A DNA stretch of 64,000 bases from Candidatus Sericytochromatia bacterium (GTDB lineage: Bacteria > Cyanobacteriota > Sericytochromatia > S15B-MN24 > JAQBPE01), in NCBI GenBank assembly GCA_035285125.1, contig JAYKHR010000165.1:70341-134340 (forward strand). Reading direction: 5' to 3'. The position numbers and the translations under genes were made by a program. The notes under the pieces were generated by a model. That model saw only the letters and a program-made list of their open reading frames with translations, was not told the DNA's origin and did not search any database. This document shows positions 1 through 10,420 of this stretch, piece by piece (within the stretch, counting starts at the first letter, position 1; every line of letters begins with the position of its first letter).

Positions 1-747
1 CGTCACGTAGCCGTCGCCGCCACCGTTGTGCCCCTGATGGTCGGCAGGCAGCGACTGGAGGGCGTAGTGCCGGGCCACGTGCCCGGTGGAAAGGAGGTCC
101 CGCGCCACGAGCTCGCGCTCCCGGTCCACGAATGGCGAGATCTGGTGGGTCGGCAGGGCGCCGGGCCCCCACTTGATGGCCACATCCTCGGTGGCGGCGA
201 TGACCCAGACGGGCCGCCCGAGTTGGTCCAGCAGCGGCGTGCGCCAAACGCGCAGGTGGTCCCGGGCCCGCGTGCCCTGGGCGTTCTTCTGGAACGCCAG
301 GTCTTGTCGCCTGTTGTAGAGATACAGGTCGCTCATCGGCGAGGTGGGGTAGCTGCCCCCCAGGACGGCCGTGCGCGCCGTCTTCAGGGCAGTGCCGAGG
401 GTCACGGGATCGGCGGGCAGCCAGCCTGCTGCGCCGAAGACGTGGCGGACGTGCCGCTCGCTGCCGCACAACGCCAGGTTGACGGGGTCTGCGAGGACGC
501 CCGCCTTGGTGCGGGTGATGCGCGGCCAGTCGACCACGCGCACCGCCGGGGTGCCGAGCATCCCGGCGAAGGGCTCGCCGACGCGGTAGCTGGCCGGCAG
601 CCCCACGGCCTGGCGTGGCGTCGCGCCCCCCACTGCGGCAGGCGATGCCACCCGGCCACAGCCCGGGAGGGTCCCGAGGACCACCCCCACTGTCAGCCAC
701 GCAGCGGCCAGGCGCCCCAGGCGCCCCATTCCCCCAGACATCCCCAT
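1..747 (-). CDS. LssY C-terminal-like domain lipoprotein (runs off the window edge)
   Basis: Manual translation from ATG 747, absent from ORF track because no stop in window: MGMSGGMGRLGRLAAAWLTVGVVLGTLPGC (lipobox-like), then DPVNLALCGS, AAGWLPAD, YPTSPMSDLYLYNRRQDLAFQK, RDHLRVW, PTHQISPFVDRERE, GHNGGGDGYVT, motifs typical of LssY_C-type proteins. Confidence 0.75.
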   Translation of the reverse strand, partial: MGMSGGMGRLGRLAAAWLTVGVVLGTLPGCGRVASPAAVGGATPRQAVGLPASYRVGEPFAGMLGTPAVRVVDWPRITRTKAGVLADPVNLALCGSERHVRHVFGAAGWLPADPVTLGTALKTARTAVLGGSYPTSPMSDLYLYNRRQDLAFQKNAQGTRARDHLRVWRTPLLDQLGRPVWVIAATEDVAIKWGPGALPTHQISPFVDRERELVARDLLSTGHVARHYALQSLPADHQGHNGGGDGYVT

Positions 748-834
748 CCGACTCCCGAACCCGGCCCGCCCCCTGCCTGACCGGCACTGAACCATCTCCA
801 AGGTTCATGTTCCACTGAGGTTGGGCGGAAAAAC

Positions 835-849
835 TTAAGCCACCATTAA
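835..849. promoter_or_regulatory. TTAA-N7-TTAA box (putative OmpR/PhoB-family regulator site)
   Basis: ttaa gccacca ttaa in an AT-rich intergenic island upstream of the LssY-like gene; second copy TTAG-N7-TTAA at 959-973. Confidence 0.5.
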
Positions 850-1026
850 AAGGGGGCCGCCGTGTTAAATAATTGTTTTGCGCGTTTAAATATCCAGCAA
901 CAACGCATTGAATTTAATGATTGCCACATCAACTGCCCCCCCGATGGACACCACCTTGTTAGCAAGCCGTTAACAAATATCGCAGCGGCGAAGGCCCCGG
1001 GCTCGGGGCCGGTCAGCAACGAGGAA

Positions 1027-1050
1027 GGCCCCGCACGCGGGTGCGGGGCC
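1027..1050 (-). terminator. Intrinsic terminator of lipoprotein gene 1075-1695
   Basis: Perfect inverted repeat ggccccgcac-gcgg-gtgcggggcc followed on minus strand by ttcctcgtt. Confidence 0.65.
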
Positions 1051-1074
1051 TGACGGCGCGAGCTCGGTTGAGAG

Positions 1075-1695
1075 TCAGTACCGGCCTGGCACCGGATAGC
1101 TGGGCACACCCATCGCACCCATCGGGTAGCCGGCGGGGGCCCCGTAAGGGCTGCCGGAGGAGAAGGCACCAGCGGCCGGGGCTGCCGGAATCGTCTCGAC
1201 CGTCACCTCGGCCTCGTCCATGTTGTTCTTGGTGGCCGTGATCTCGAAGGGCAGGCTCTGCCCTGGCGCGAGGGAGGCGATGACCTGGGTCTTGGTCTCC
1301 TCCGTCACGAAGGTCTTGGTGAAGAGGCCCTTGCGGTCCTTGAAGTCGATCTTCAGGGTCCCCGACAGCGGCGAGCTGCTCATGTTCACAACGGTGCCCT
1401 TGACCGTGAGCTTCTTGAAGATCAGGCCGGACTTGGTCTTTTCGACGCCGCTGACCACGAGGGAACCGACAGTCGGGCCCTGGTAGTTGGGGTTACCAGG
1501 CGCAACGGGCGGGGCCGGAGGCGGCGCGACGGGCTCCACAGGCGCCGTGGAAGGAGCGGGGGCGGAGGGCGCCGGCGCAGGGGGTTCCTCGGGGTCGGGC
1601 ACGTTGGCAGGCATCCGGTTGCCGCACCCTGCGAGCAGGACGGCCAGCGCGATGCCGCCCAGCAGGGACATGCGGTTGAACTTGGCCTTGGACAT
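1075..1695 (-). CDS. Pro-rich lipoprotein with small Ig-like (FxLYD-like) domain
   Basis: MSKAKFNRMSLLGGIALAVLLAGC lipobox; GGAG RBS upstream; Pro/Ala linker; beta domain VKGTVVN...LAPGQSLPFEI. Confidence 0.75.
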   Translation of the reverse strand: MSKAKFNRMSLLGGIALAVLLAGCGNRMPANVPDPEEPPAPAPSAPAPSTAPVEPVAPPPAPPVAPGNPNYQGPTVGSLVVSGVEKTKSGLIFKKLTVKGTVVNMSSSPLSGTLKIDFKDRKGLFTKTFVTEETKTQVIASLAPGQSLPFEITATKNNMDEAEVTVETIPAAPAAGAFSSGSPYGAPAGYPMGAMGVPSYPVPGRY

Positions 1696-1799
1696 CGTGG
1701 GCTCCTCCCTGGCGTTCGACCCGAACGCGGCACGCACTTCGCAACGGTGGGTTCGAAGTTTTTATAGGGGGGAGTTCACAGTGCCTGAACGGCCTCCGG

Positions 1800-1814
1800 T
1801 TATCACCGGTTTAA
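1800..1814. promoter_or_regulatory. TTAT-N7-TTAA box
   Basis: ttat caccggt ttaa ~105 bp upstream of lipoprotein 1075-1695. Confidence 0.45.
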
Positions 1815-1866
1815 GTTTGCAGAAATCCTGGGTGAACCTGGGGCCACCAGCGGCCCCAGCCCCGGT

Positions 1867-2034
1867 TCACGGGCCATAAAAGAAGGGGAAGAGTCCTGAC
1901 ACCACGAGGGCTGCGACCACCATCATCGCGATCGCCGCGGCGACCCAGTCGCGCTTGCGCGGCTTCCGACGCGGCGCCCTGGACGGATCAGGGGCCTGGG
2001 AGGGTCGCGGAGAAGGAACGTGTCGGCGTGCCAT
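1867..2034 (-). CDS. Small (55 aa) single-pass membrane protein
   Basis: MARRHVPSPRPSQAPDPSRAPRRKPRKRDWVAAAIAMMVVAALVVSGLFPFFYGP*; basic patch then hydrophobic helix; TGt-TAGGAT -10-like element 7 nt before ATG; below ORF-track cutoff. Confidence 0.65.
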   Translation of the reverse strand: MARRHVPSPRPSQAPDPSRAPRRKPRKRDWVAAAIAMMVVAALVVSGLFPFFYGP

Positions 2035-2058
2035 GTCTCAGATCCTAACACGCTGCCA

Positions 2059-3264
2059 TCAGGGGCGCGGAGACAAGAGCCACCGCAAGGATGGCTCGCC
2101 CGGCGCGGCCACCTCGGGGTCCAGGGCCAGGGCCTTCGTGTAGGCTTGGCGCGCGTCCGTGCGCTGCCCCAGGCGCAAGAGAGCCAGCGCCAGGTAGTAG
2201 TGCGCGGCCGGCAACCCGGGAAGGAGGCGCACCGCCGACGCCAGCTGCCGGCGCGCCTCCCGTGGCCGCCCGAGCCGCAGCAGCAGCACGCCCGCGTTGT
2301 ACCGTGCCTCACCATAGTCACCGTCAATTGCCACCGCGTGCATGTAGGCCCGCAGCGCGCCTCGCGCGTCCCCCCCCGCTTCCAACAAGGACCCGAGGCC
2401 GTTGAGCGGGTTGGGGTTCGTGGGGTCGGCCGCCGCGGCCCGTTCGTAGCTCGCCCGGGCACGCGGCGTGTCCCCCAGCGCGCGGTAGGCGTTGCCCATG
2501 TTGTTGGCCGCCCACGAGTCGTCAGGACGTAGGCTGAGCGCGCGTTCCAGCAGCGCCAGGGCCTCGCGGGGGCGGCCACCATCCAGGTGGTGGTTGGCGG
2601 CCTCCACGAGATCGCCCGGCGTCGCGAGGGGGGCCTCACCCACCCGCGCAAAGGCAGCCCGGGCGCCCTCCGCATCCCCCTCGGCAGCCAGGATTGCCCC
2701 GCGGCGCGCGTGGGCGGCCGCCCACCCGGGTCGGCGTGCGAGCAGCCCTTCCAAGCGTTCCAGGGCCTCCGTCGTGCGTCCGAGGCCGGCCTCGGCGGTG
2801 GCGATCAGCAGCACGAGCCGGTCGTCGGCTGGCCGGGCACCAGCCACCCAGGCCAGCTGGGAGAGCGCCGCCTCGTGGTGGCCCTGAGCGAGCAGGGTCG
2901 CGCCCAGCGCCAGGCGGGCCTCCGCGTCCTCCGGAGCCACGAGCACGGCGCGCACCAGGCGCTCGAGGGCCTGTGGCAGGGCCCTCGCAGCGATCGCCAG
3001 GCGGGCCCGCCCAGCCTCCCCTTGAAGCGACAAAGCCGTGTCGGGGCACAGAGGCCCGCCGGCGGCCGGCACAAGGTGGGCCGGCACCAGTCCGTAGGGG
3101 TCGTTCCCACACGTTGCCGCGCCGGGCAGCGAGGACGCGACCACCAGCGCCCCCGCCAACCCCACCCGCAGCAAGCCCCGCCCCACGTCCACCAATGTCT
3201 CCCCGCTCGGGCCTTCCCGGCCCAGGGCCGCGGTTGTGTCTGGCACAGACGACGGCCCCGCCAT
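2059..3264 (-). CDS. Tetratricopeptide repeat protein, probably exported
   Basis: Multiple TPR units (AANNMGNAY, PLNGLGSLL, ARYNAGVLL, AHYYLALAL); N-terminal hydrophobic stretch; start codon uncertain. Confidence 0.8.
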   Translation of the reverse strand: MAGPSSVPDTTAALGREGPSGETLVDVGRGLLRVGLAGALVVASSLPGAATCGNDPYGLVPAHLVPAAGGPLCPDTALSLQGEAGRARLAIAARALPQALERLVRAVLVAPEDAEARLALGATLLAQGHHEAALSQLAWVAGARPADDRLVLLIATAEAGLGRTTEALERLEGLLARRPGWAAAHARRGAILAAEGDAEGARAAFARVGEAPLATPGDLVEAANHHLDGGRPREALALLERALSLRPDDSWAANNMGNAYRALGDTPRARASYERAAAADPTNPNPLNGLGSLLEAGGDARGALRAYMHAVAIDGDYGEARYNAGVLLLRLGRPREARRQLASAVRLLPGLPAAHYYLALALLRLGQRTDARQAYTKALALDPEVAAPGEPSLRWLLSPRP

Positions 3265-3280
3265 GTGGTCCCATGTAAGC

Positions 3281-4399
3281 ATGGCCCTGAACCTCGCGCT
3301 CACCGTCGGCAGCTTCCACCGCGCAGGCGGCATTGAACGCGTCTCGGTACGGCTCGCCGAGGCGTACGCGGCGCGCGGCCACGCCATCACGGTGTACGCC
3401 TGCGAGTGGGACCCGATGCTGGAGGACCGCTTCGAGTTCGTGCGCGTGGCAGCCCCCACCCGCCCGGCCTGGCTTCACACCCTGGCGCTCGGGGCCGCGA
3501 CGGCCCGCCGGCTGAGGCGCCACGACTGGGTTCACGGCCAGGGGGCCAGCACCTTGCGGTGCGATCTGCTGACCTACCACACGGTCCACGCGGCCTGGCT
3601 GGAGATCTCGGCCGGGCTGGCAGAGCAGCCGGCCTGGATGGGCCGAGCCAAGCGCCTGTGGCCGTTCCACCGCGCCACGATCGCCGTGGAGCGCCGCCAG
3701 GCCCGCACGCACGCCGGCCGGTTCCACACCTGCTCGCGGGCCGTGCGCGACGAGGCCATCAGGCACTACGGGATCCCGCCAGAGCGGATCGCCGCGATCC
3801 CCTGGGGCATCGACCTGGCTGAGTTCCAACCTTCGGCGGCCGCCCGCGTCGAGCGGCGGGAGGCCTGGGGCCTGGATGGCGGCCCCGTGCTGGTGATGGT
3901 CGCCAACGAGCTCCACCGCAAGGGGCTGGCGCCGCTGCTGCACGCGCTGGCCCTGCTGGGCCGCGGCGACGTCACGCTGCTGGTGGCAGGCCGGGCCGAC
4001 GCCCGCCCCTGGCGCCGGCTGGTGGAGCACCTCGGCCTCACCCGGCAGGTGAGGTTCCTCGGCTCCCAGCCGGCCGCTGCCTGCTACCAGGCGGCCGACG
4101 CCTTCGTCATGCCGACGCTGTACGAGGGCTGGTCGCTGGTGATCGGGGAGGCCCTCGCCTGCGGCCTCCCCGTCGTGACCTCGCACGCGGCGGGCTCCTC
4201 GGACCTGGTGCGGCCGGGCGAGAACGGGCTGCTGCTCGCGGAACCGCGCGACGCGGCGGCGATCGCGCAGGCCCTCGGCCAGGTGCTGGACCCGCAGGTA
4301 GGCCCCCGCATGGCGGCTGCCGCCCGCCCCAGCGTCGCCGACGCCTCCTGGGAGGCTGTGGCCGATCGGCTGCTGGCCTGGGGCCTTGCGGAGGGCTGA
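3281..4399 (+). CDS. Glycosyltransferase family 4 (GT-B)
   Basis: GGIER, RKGL, FLG, ADAFVMPTLYEGWSLVIGEALACGLPVV (E-x7-E motif). Confidence 0.9.
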   Translation: MALNLALTVGSFHRAGGIERVSVRLAEAYAARGHAITVYACEWDPMLEDRFEFVRVAAPTRPAWLHTLALGAATARRLRRHDWVHGQGASTLRCDLLTYHTVHAAWLEISAGLAEQPAWMGRAKRLWPFHRATIAVERRQARTHAGRFHTCSRAVRDEAIRHYGIPPERIAAIPWGIDLAEFQPSAAARVERREAWGLDGGPVLVMVANELHRKGLAPLLHALALLGRGDVTLLVAGRADARPWRRLVEHLGLTRQVRFLGSQPAAACYQAADAFVMPTLYEGWSLVIGEALACGLPVVTSHAAGSSDLVRPGENGLLLAEPRDAAAIAQALGQVLDPQVGPRMAAAARPSVADASWEAVADRLLAWGLAEG

Positions 4400-4558
4400 A
4401 GCCCCGCCGACGGGGCGCTGGGTCGGCCGCTGGCCTGGGGCCGGGCCGGGGGCCGAAGCCGCCGGGAGGCGGTCGCTGGTTGGCTGCTCGTCCGTGGGCC
4501 GACGGGCGGAGGGCGGGGCCTGTCCGAAGGGCTGGAACCGAGCATCCGCGCGCCTTGA

Positions 4559-5701
<1,143 letters not shown>

Positions 5702-5708
5702 CCCACCT

Positions 5709-5748
5709 GCCCGGGGGGGCCCGACCGGGCCCTTCCGGCTTTTCTTTT
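5709..5748 (+). terminator. Stem-loop/terminator between gap and pgk
   Basis: GC-rich imperfect stem followed by ttttctttt. Confidence 0.55.
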
Positions 5749-5764
5749 AGCCCAGGAGCACCTC

Positions 5765-6976
5765 ATGACCACCACCACGCTGCGCAAGCGCTCGATCGCC
5801 GACTGGACCACCGCCGACCTCCACGGTCGGCGCGTGCTGGTTCGCGAGGACCTCAACGTGCCCATGGAGCAGGGTCGCATCAGCGACGACACCCGCATCC
5901 GGGCCGCCGTGCCGACCATCGCGGACCTCTGCGCCAAGGGCGCTCGCGTGGTGGTGGTGTCTCACCTGGGCCGGCCCAAGGGCGTCGACGACAAGCTGCG
6001 GCTCGACGCCGTGGGCGCCCGCTTGGCCGAACTCCTCGGGCAGCCCGTGGCGAAGGCGGCCGACACCATCGGCCCTGACGCGCAGGCCAAGATCGCCGCG
6101 GCCGGGCCGGGCAGCGTGGTCCTGCTCGAGAACGTGCGCTTCCACCCCGAAGAGGAAAAGAACGATCCGGCCTTCGCGCAGGCGCTCGCGGCCCTCGCCG
6201 ACTACTACGTGAACGATGCCTTCGGCACCGCCCACCGGGCCCACGCCAGCACGGCCGGCGTCGCGGCCCACCTGCCGGCCGCGGCGGGCTTCTTGCTCCA
6301 GAAGGAGATCGAGGTGATGGGCCAGGCGCTGTCGGCCCCGGCCAGGCCCCTCGTGGCGGTGATCGGCGGCTCGAAGGTCAGCACCAAGATCGGCGTGCTC
6401 GACCACCTGCTCGGCAAGGTGGACGCCCTCGTCATCGGCGGCGCGATGGCCTTCACGTTCCTGCGGGCCCAGGGCCACGGCACGGGCAAGAGCCTCGTCG
6501 AGGATGACCAGCTGGCCGTGGCGCAGCGCGTGATGTCGCTCGCCCACGAGATGAAAGCCACGATCGTGCTGCCCCTCGACGTGGTCGTGGCCCCCGCCAT
6601 CGACGCGCCTGAGGCCTTTGCCACCGTCCCCGTGACCGAGATCCCCGACGGCCAGATCGGCGTCGACGTGGGCCCGCGCACCATCGCCCGCGTCGCGGAG
6701 GTGCTCGCCACGGCCGGCACCGTCATCTGGAATGGTCCAATGGGCGTCTTCGAGAACCCTGCCTTCGCGGCAGGCACCGAGGCCGTCGCCCGCGCCTGCG
6801 CGGCTGCGACCGAGCGGGGCGCCATCACCATCGTCGGTGGCGGAGACTCCGTCGCCGCCGTCGAGGGCCTCGGGCTCGCTGGCGCCATGACCCACGTGTC
6901 GACCGGAGGGGGCGCCAGCCTGGAGTTCCTGGAAGGCAGGACCCTCCCGGGCGTGGCAGCCCTCGCGGACCGCTGA
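5765..6976 (+). CDS. pgk: Phosphoglycerate kinase
   Basis: [55 protein letters not shown]. Confidence 0.98.
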   Translation: MTTTTLRKRSIADWTTADLHGRRVLVREDLNVPMEQGRISDDTRIRAAVPTIADLCAKGARVVVVSHLGRPKGVDDKLRLDAVGARLAELLGQPVAKAADTIGPDAQAKIAAAGPGSVVLLENVRFHPEEEKNDPAFAQALAALADYYVNDAFGTAHRAHASTAGVAAHLPAAAGFLLQKEIEVMGQALSAPARPLVAVIGGSKVSTKIGVLDHLLGKVDALVIGGAMAFTFLRAQGHGTGKSLVEDDQLAVAQRVMSLAHEMKATIVLPLDVVVAPAIDAPEAFATVPVTEIPDGQIGVDVGPRTIARVAEVLATAGTVIWNGPMGVFENPAFAAGTEAVARACAAATERGAITIVGGGDSVAAVEGLGLAGAMTHVSTGGGASLEFLEGRTLPGVAALADR

Positions 6977-7039
6977 CCCTCGTTTCCCAGCCGGCGGCCT
7001 CGCGGCTCGCGAGCGCCCCATCGCAGAAAGAGACCCGCC

Positions 7040-7801
7040 ATGATCGCTCGCCGCCCCGTGATTGCCGGCAACTGGAAGATGCACAAGACCGTGGGCGAGG
7101 CCCGCTCGCTCGCCCGCGGCCTCGCCGAGCTGGTCGGCGGGCTAGGCGAGGCCGGCCCCGAGGTCGTGCTGTGCCCCCCCTTCACGGCGCTGGCCGCCGT
7201 GAAGGAGGCGATCGCGGGCACGGGGCTCAAGCTCGGGGCCCAGACCATGGACTGGCACGAGAAGGGGGCCTACACCGGCGAGGTGGCCCCCGCCATGCTG
7301 GTGGACCTCGGCGTCACGCACGTGATCCTCGGGCACTCGGAGCGCCGGCAGCTGTTCGGCGAGACGGACGAGGGGGTCTGCCGCAAGGTCGAGGCCGCGC
7401 TGCGCCACGGGCTCGTGCCCATCATCTGCGTGGGCGAGACCCTCGAGGAGCGGGAAGGCGGGCTCACGGACAACGTGGTGATCGTGCAGGTGCAGCGCGC
7501 GCTGCACGGCCGGACGCCAGCCGAGGTCGCGCAGGTGGTCTTCGCGTACGAGCCCGTGTGGGCGATCGGCACGGGCAAGACCTGCGAGTCGGCCGAGGCC
7601 GACCGCGTGTGCGGCGTCATCCGGGACACCATTGGGCGCCTGACGGACGCGACGACGGCCGAGGCCGTGCGCATCCAGTACGGCGGCAGCGTGAAGCCCG
7701 ACACCATCGCCGAACAGATGGCGCAGCCCCACATCGACGGGGCCCTCGTGGGAGGCGCCAGCCTGGAAGCCGCCTCGTTCGCGGCCATCGTCCGGTTCTG
7801 A
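7040..7801 (+). CDS. tpiA: Triosephosphate isomerase
   Basis: [35 protein letters not shown]. Confidence 0.98.
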   Translation: MIARRPVIAGNWKMHKTVGEARSLARGLAELVGGLGEAGPEVVLCPPFTALAAVKEAIAGTGLKLGAQTMDWHEKGAYTGEVAPAMLVDLGVTHVILGHSERRQLFGETDEGVCRKVEAALRHGLVPIICVGETLEEREGGLTDNVVIVQVQRALHGRTPAEVAQVVFAYEPVWAIGTGKTCESAEADRVCGVIRDTIGRLTDATTAEAVRIQYGGSVKPDTIAEQMAQPHIDGALVGGASLEAASFAAIVRF

Positions 7802-7811
7802 GGGAGGCCCC

Positions 7812-9326
7812 GTGACGCGCCCTGTTGCCCTGATCATCTGCGACGGCTGGGGCATCAACCCCCGCCGGGAGGCCAACGCGATCGCGATGGCCCACACGCC
7901 CCACTTCGACGAGCTGGCCTCGCGCTGGCCTCACACGGCGCTCCACACCTCCGGGCTGGCCGTCGGGCTGCCCGAGGGGCAGATGGGGAACTCGGAGGTC
8001 GGCCACATGAACATGGGGGCCGGCCGGATCGTGTACCAGGAACTCACCCGCATCGACGAGGAGATCCGCCAGGGGCGCCTGCAGGCCAACGAGGTGCTGG
8101 TGGCCGCCATGGAGGCCGCCAAGGCGGGCTCGGGCACGCTGCACCTGATGGGCCTGCTGTCCGATGGCGGGGTGCACAGCTCGCTCGACCACGCCCTGGC
8201 CCTGCTGCGCATGGCGAAGGAACGGGGCGTGCCGAGGACCTTCGTGCACGCCTTCCTGGACGGCCGGGACGTGCCTCCGCGCAGCGCGCAGGGCTACCTC
8301 GCCCGCACGGAGGCTGAGATGCAGGCCCTGGGATACGGCCGCGTGGCGACGGTGTCGGGCCGCTACTACGTCATGGACCGCGACCAGAACTGGGACCGCG
8401 TAGAGCCAGCCTACAGGGCCCTCGCCGAAGGGCTGGGCCCGCGGGCCGAGTCGGCCGCCGAGGCGCTGGCCGCCAGCTACGAGGCAGACGTGTCGGACGA
8501 GTTCTTCAAGCCCGTGGTGCTGGATCCGGCGGGCACGATGCGCGATGGCGACGCCGTGATCTTCTTCAACTTCCGCCCCGATCGCGCGCGCCAGATCACC
8601 CGCGCGCTGACGGACCCGGCCTTCACGGCCTTCGAGCGGCCGCAGTTCCCCAGGCTGCACTACGCCTGCCTGACGCAGTACGACGGCCGCCTCCCGCTGC
8701 CGGTGGCCTACAAGCCCCAGGCCCTGTCGGACAACCTGGCCGAGGTGCTCGCGGCCCGCGGCTTGCGGCAGTACCACACGGCCGAGACCGAGAAGTATGC
8801 CCACGTCACGTTCTTCTTCAACTGCGGCCGTGAGGCGCCTTATGAGGGCGAGGAGCGGCTGCTGGTGGCGTCTCCCAAAATCGCCACGTACGACTTGCAG
8901 CCCGAGATGTCAGCCCCTGCGGTGGCCCAGGCAGCTGCCGAGGCTGCGGGCCAGACCGATTTCCTGGTGGTGAACTTCGCCAACGCGGACATGGTGGGGC
9001 ACACGGGCAACATGGACGCCACCGTGAAGGCGATCGAGGCGGTTGATGCCGCCGTGGGGCGCGTCGTGCAGGCCGTGCTCGCGGCTGGCGGCGTCGCCCT
9101 CGTGACGGCCGATCACGGCAACGCCGAGCAGATGGTCGACTACGCGACCGGCCAACCCCACACGGCTCACACCACCAACCCCGTGCCCCTTTACATGGCC
9201 GGGCTCGGCGCCGCGCTGCGCGAGGACGGGGTGCTCGCGGACGTCGCCCCCACGGTCCTGGATCTGCTCGGACAGGGCGTGCCGGGTGCCATGACGGCGC
9301 GCTCCCTGCTGCGGGGCGGGGCCTGA
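7812..9326 (+). CDS. gpmI: 2,3-bisphosphoglycerate-independent phosphoglycerate mutase
   Basis: GQMGNSEVGH, DGGVHS, FNFRPDRARQ, AETEKYAHVTFF, DMVGHTG, TADHGNAE. Confidence 0.97.
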   Translation: MTRPVALIICDGWGINPRREANAIAMAHTPHFDELASRWPHTALHTSGLAVGLPEGQMGNSEVGHMNMGAGRIVYQELTRIDEEIRQGRLQANEVLVAAMEAAKAGSGTLHLMGLLSDGGVHSSLDHALALLRMAKERGVPRTFVHAFLDGRDVPPRSAQGYLARTEAEMQALGYGRVATVSGRYYVMDRDQNWDRVEPAYRALAEGLGPRAESAAEALAASYEADVSDEFFKPVVLDPAGTMRDGDAVIFFNFRPDRARQITRALTDPAFTAFERPQFPRLHYACLTQYDGRLPLPVAYKPQALSDNLAEVLAARGLRQYHTAETEKYAHVTFFFNCGREAPYEGEERLLVASPKIATYDLQPEMSAPAVAQAAAEAAGQTDFLVVNFANADMVGHTGNMDATVKAIEAVDAAVGRVVQAVLAAGGVALVTADHGNAEQMVDYATGQPHTAHTTNPVPLYMAGLGAALREDGVLADVAPTVLDLLGQGVPGAMTARSLLRGGA

Positions 9327-9333
9327 GGGCGAA

Positions 9334-9348
9334 TTTACCTCACCTTAA
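9334..9348. promoter_or_regulatory. TTTA-N7-TTAA box
   Basis: ttta cctcacc ttaa upstream of the GGDEF-like gene. Confidence 0.35.
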
Positions 9349-9456
9349 CTTGCTCGCTGCAACTTTTGCCCGTTTTCGGGTTCAATAGGGGGGTGGACCC
9401 CGGCCGGCAGACCCCTCGCACGACGCGCGCCCCGGGCCCCGCCCCTGGAGGAATCG

Positions 9457-10410
9457 ATGGAAACCAAGACCTCGCTCACGACCGCGCAGGCGCAAGCCCT
9501 CGTTCAAGTGGCCACCAACCTCAACCTGACGGTGGCCTGGGACTACAACCAACAAAACCTCAAGAGCCTGCTCGAGCAACACCTGAAGGACGTCGAACTC
9601 GGCCTCTGGTGGCCCCAACCCGAGGGCTTCATGGCCGTGACGGACGGGGCGGCTGGCCGCTTCGGCGCCTTTGTCGACGCCAACCAAGTCGAACTCGTGC
9701 AGCAGGACACCTCCCTCCGGGCCGTCCCCAACGTGGACGGCGCGCTCATGGCGGGCATCGTCAGCAACAGGCAGACCTTCGGCGTGGCCCTCATCAGCAG
9801 CAAGTCCGAAGACCTCTCCGAGGCGACGCTGCGGACCATCCTGCCACAGATGGGCCTGGCTCGGCTCGCGACGGCGCTGTCCGAAGAGGTCGCGAAGCGC
9901 ACTTCCACTGACAAGATCACGGGCCTCTGGAACCGCCAGTACTTCAACGAGCGCTTCCGTGAGGAGTGCGAGCGGCTTGTGCGCTCCAAGGAGACCGGCT
10001 CCGTGGCGATCATCGGCCTGGACAACTTCGGCGCTCTGTCCCGGACGATGCCCGCCGACGAGGTCAACCACCTGTTCTCCCTCGTGGGGCAGACGGTCCG
10101 GAACGTCATCCGGCAGACGGACTGGGCCGTTCGTTGGGACACCAATGAGCTCCTGTTCTACTTCCCCTCAACGCCTGCGGAGGCCTCGCTGGAGGTCCTC
10201 AAGCGCTTCGGCAAGCGCCTGATTGGCTCCCACGCGATCCTCGAGCCGCTGGTGGGCCTTTCCAGCACCGTCGAGACGACCTCCCCCCGCGCGCTGATCC
10301 AGCTCGCGACGCGTCGCCTCGACCTGGCCCGCAAGGACGGTCACCGGCGCGTCATCTGCTACGCGACGCCCGCGCACGGCCTGCAGTTCTGGCGCGGCGA
10401 CGAGAAGTGA
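9457..10410 (+). CDS. Degenerate GGDEF-domain protein with GAF-like N-terminus
   Basis: TDKITGLWNRQYF, LDNF, and RWDTNE in place of RxGGD/EEF; GGAGG RBS. Confidence 0.8.
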   Translation: METKTSLTTAQAQALVQVATNLNLTVAWDYNQQNLKSLLEQHLKDVELGLWWPQPEGFMAVTDGAAGRFGAFVDANQVELVQQDTSLRAVPNVDGALMAGIVSNRQTFGVALISSKSEDLSEATLRTILPQMGLARLATALSEEVAKRTSTDKITGLWNRQYFNERFREECERLVRSKETGSVAIIGLDNFGALSRTMPADEVNHLFSLVGQTVRNVIRQTDWAVRWDTNELLFYFPSTPAEASLEVLKRFGKRLIGSHAILEPLVGLSSTVETTSPRALIQLATRRLDLARKDGHRRVICYATPAHGLQFWRGDEK

Positions 10411-10420
10411 ACGGCTGACC

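Noticed and set aside
28..780. 250-aa plus-strand ORF
   Set aside because: The opposite strand encodes a recognisable LssY-like lipoprotein running off the window.
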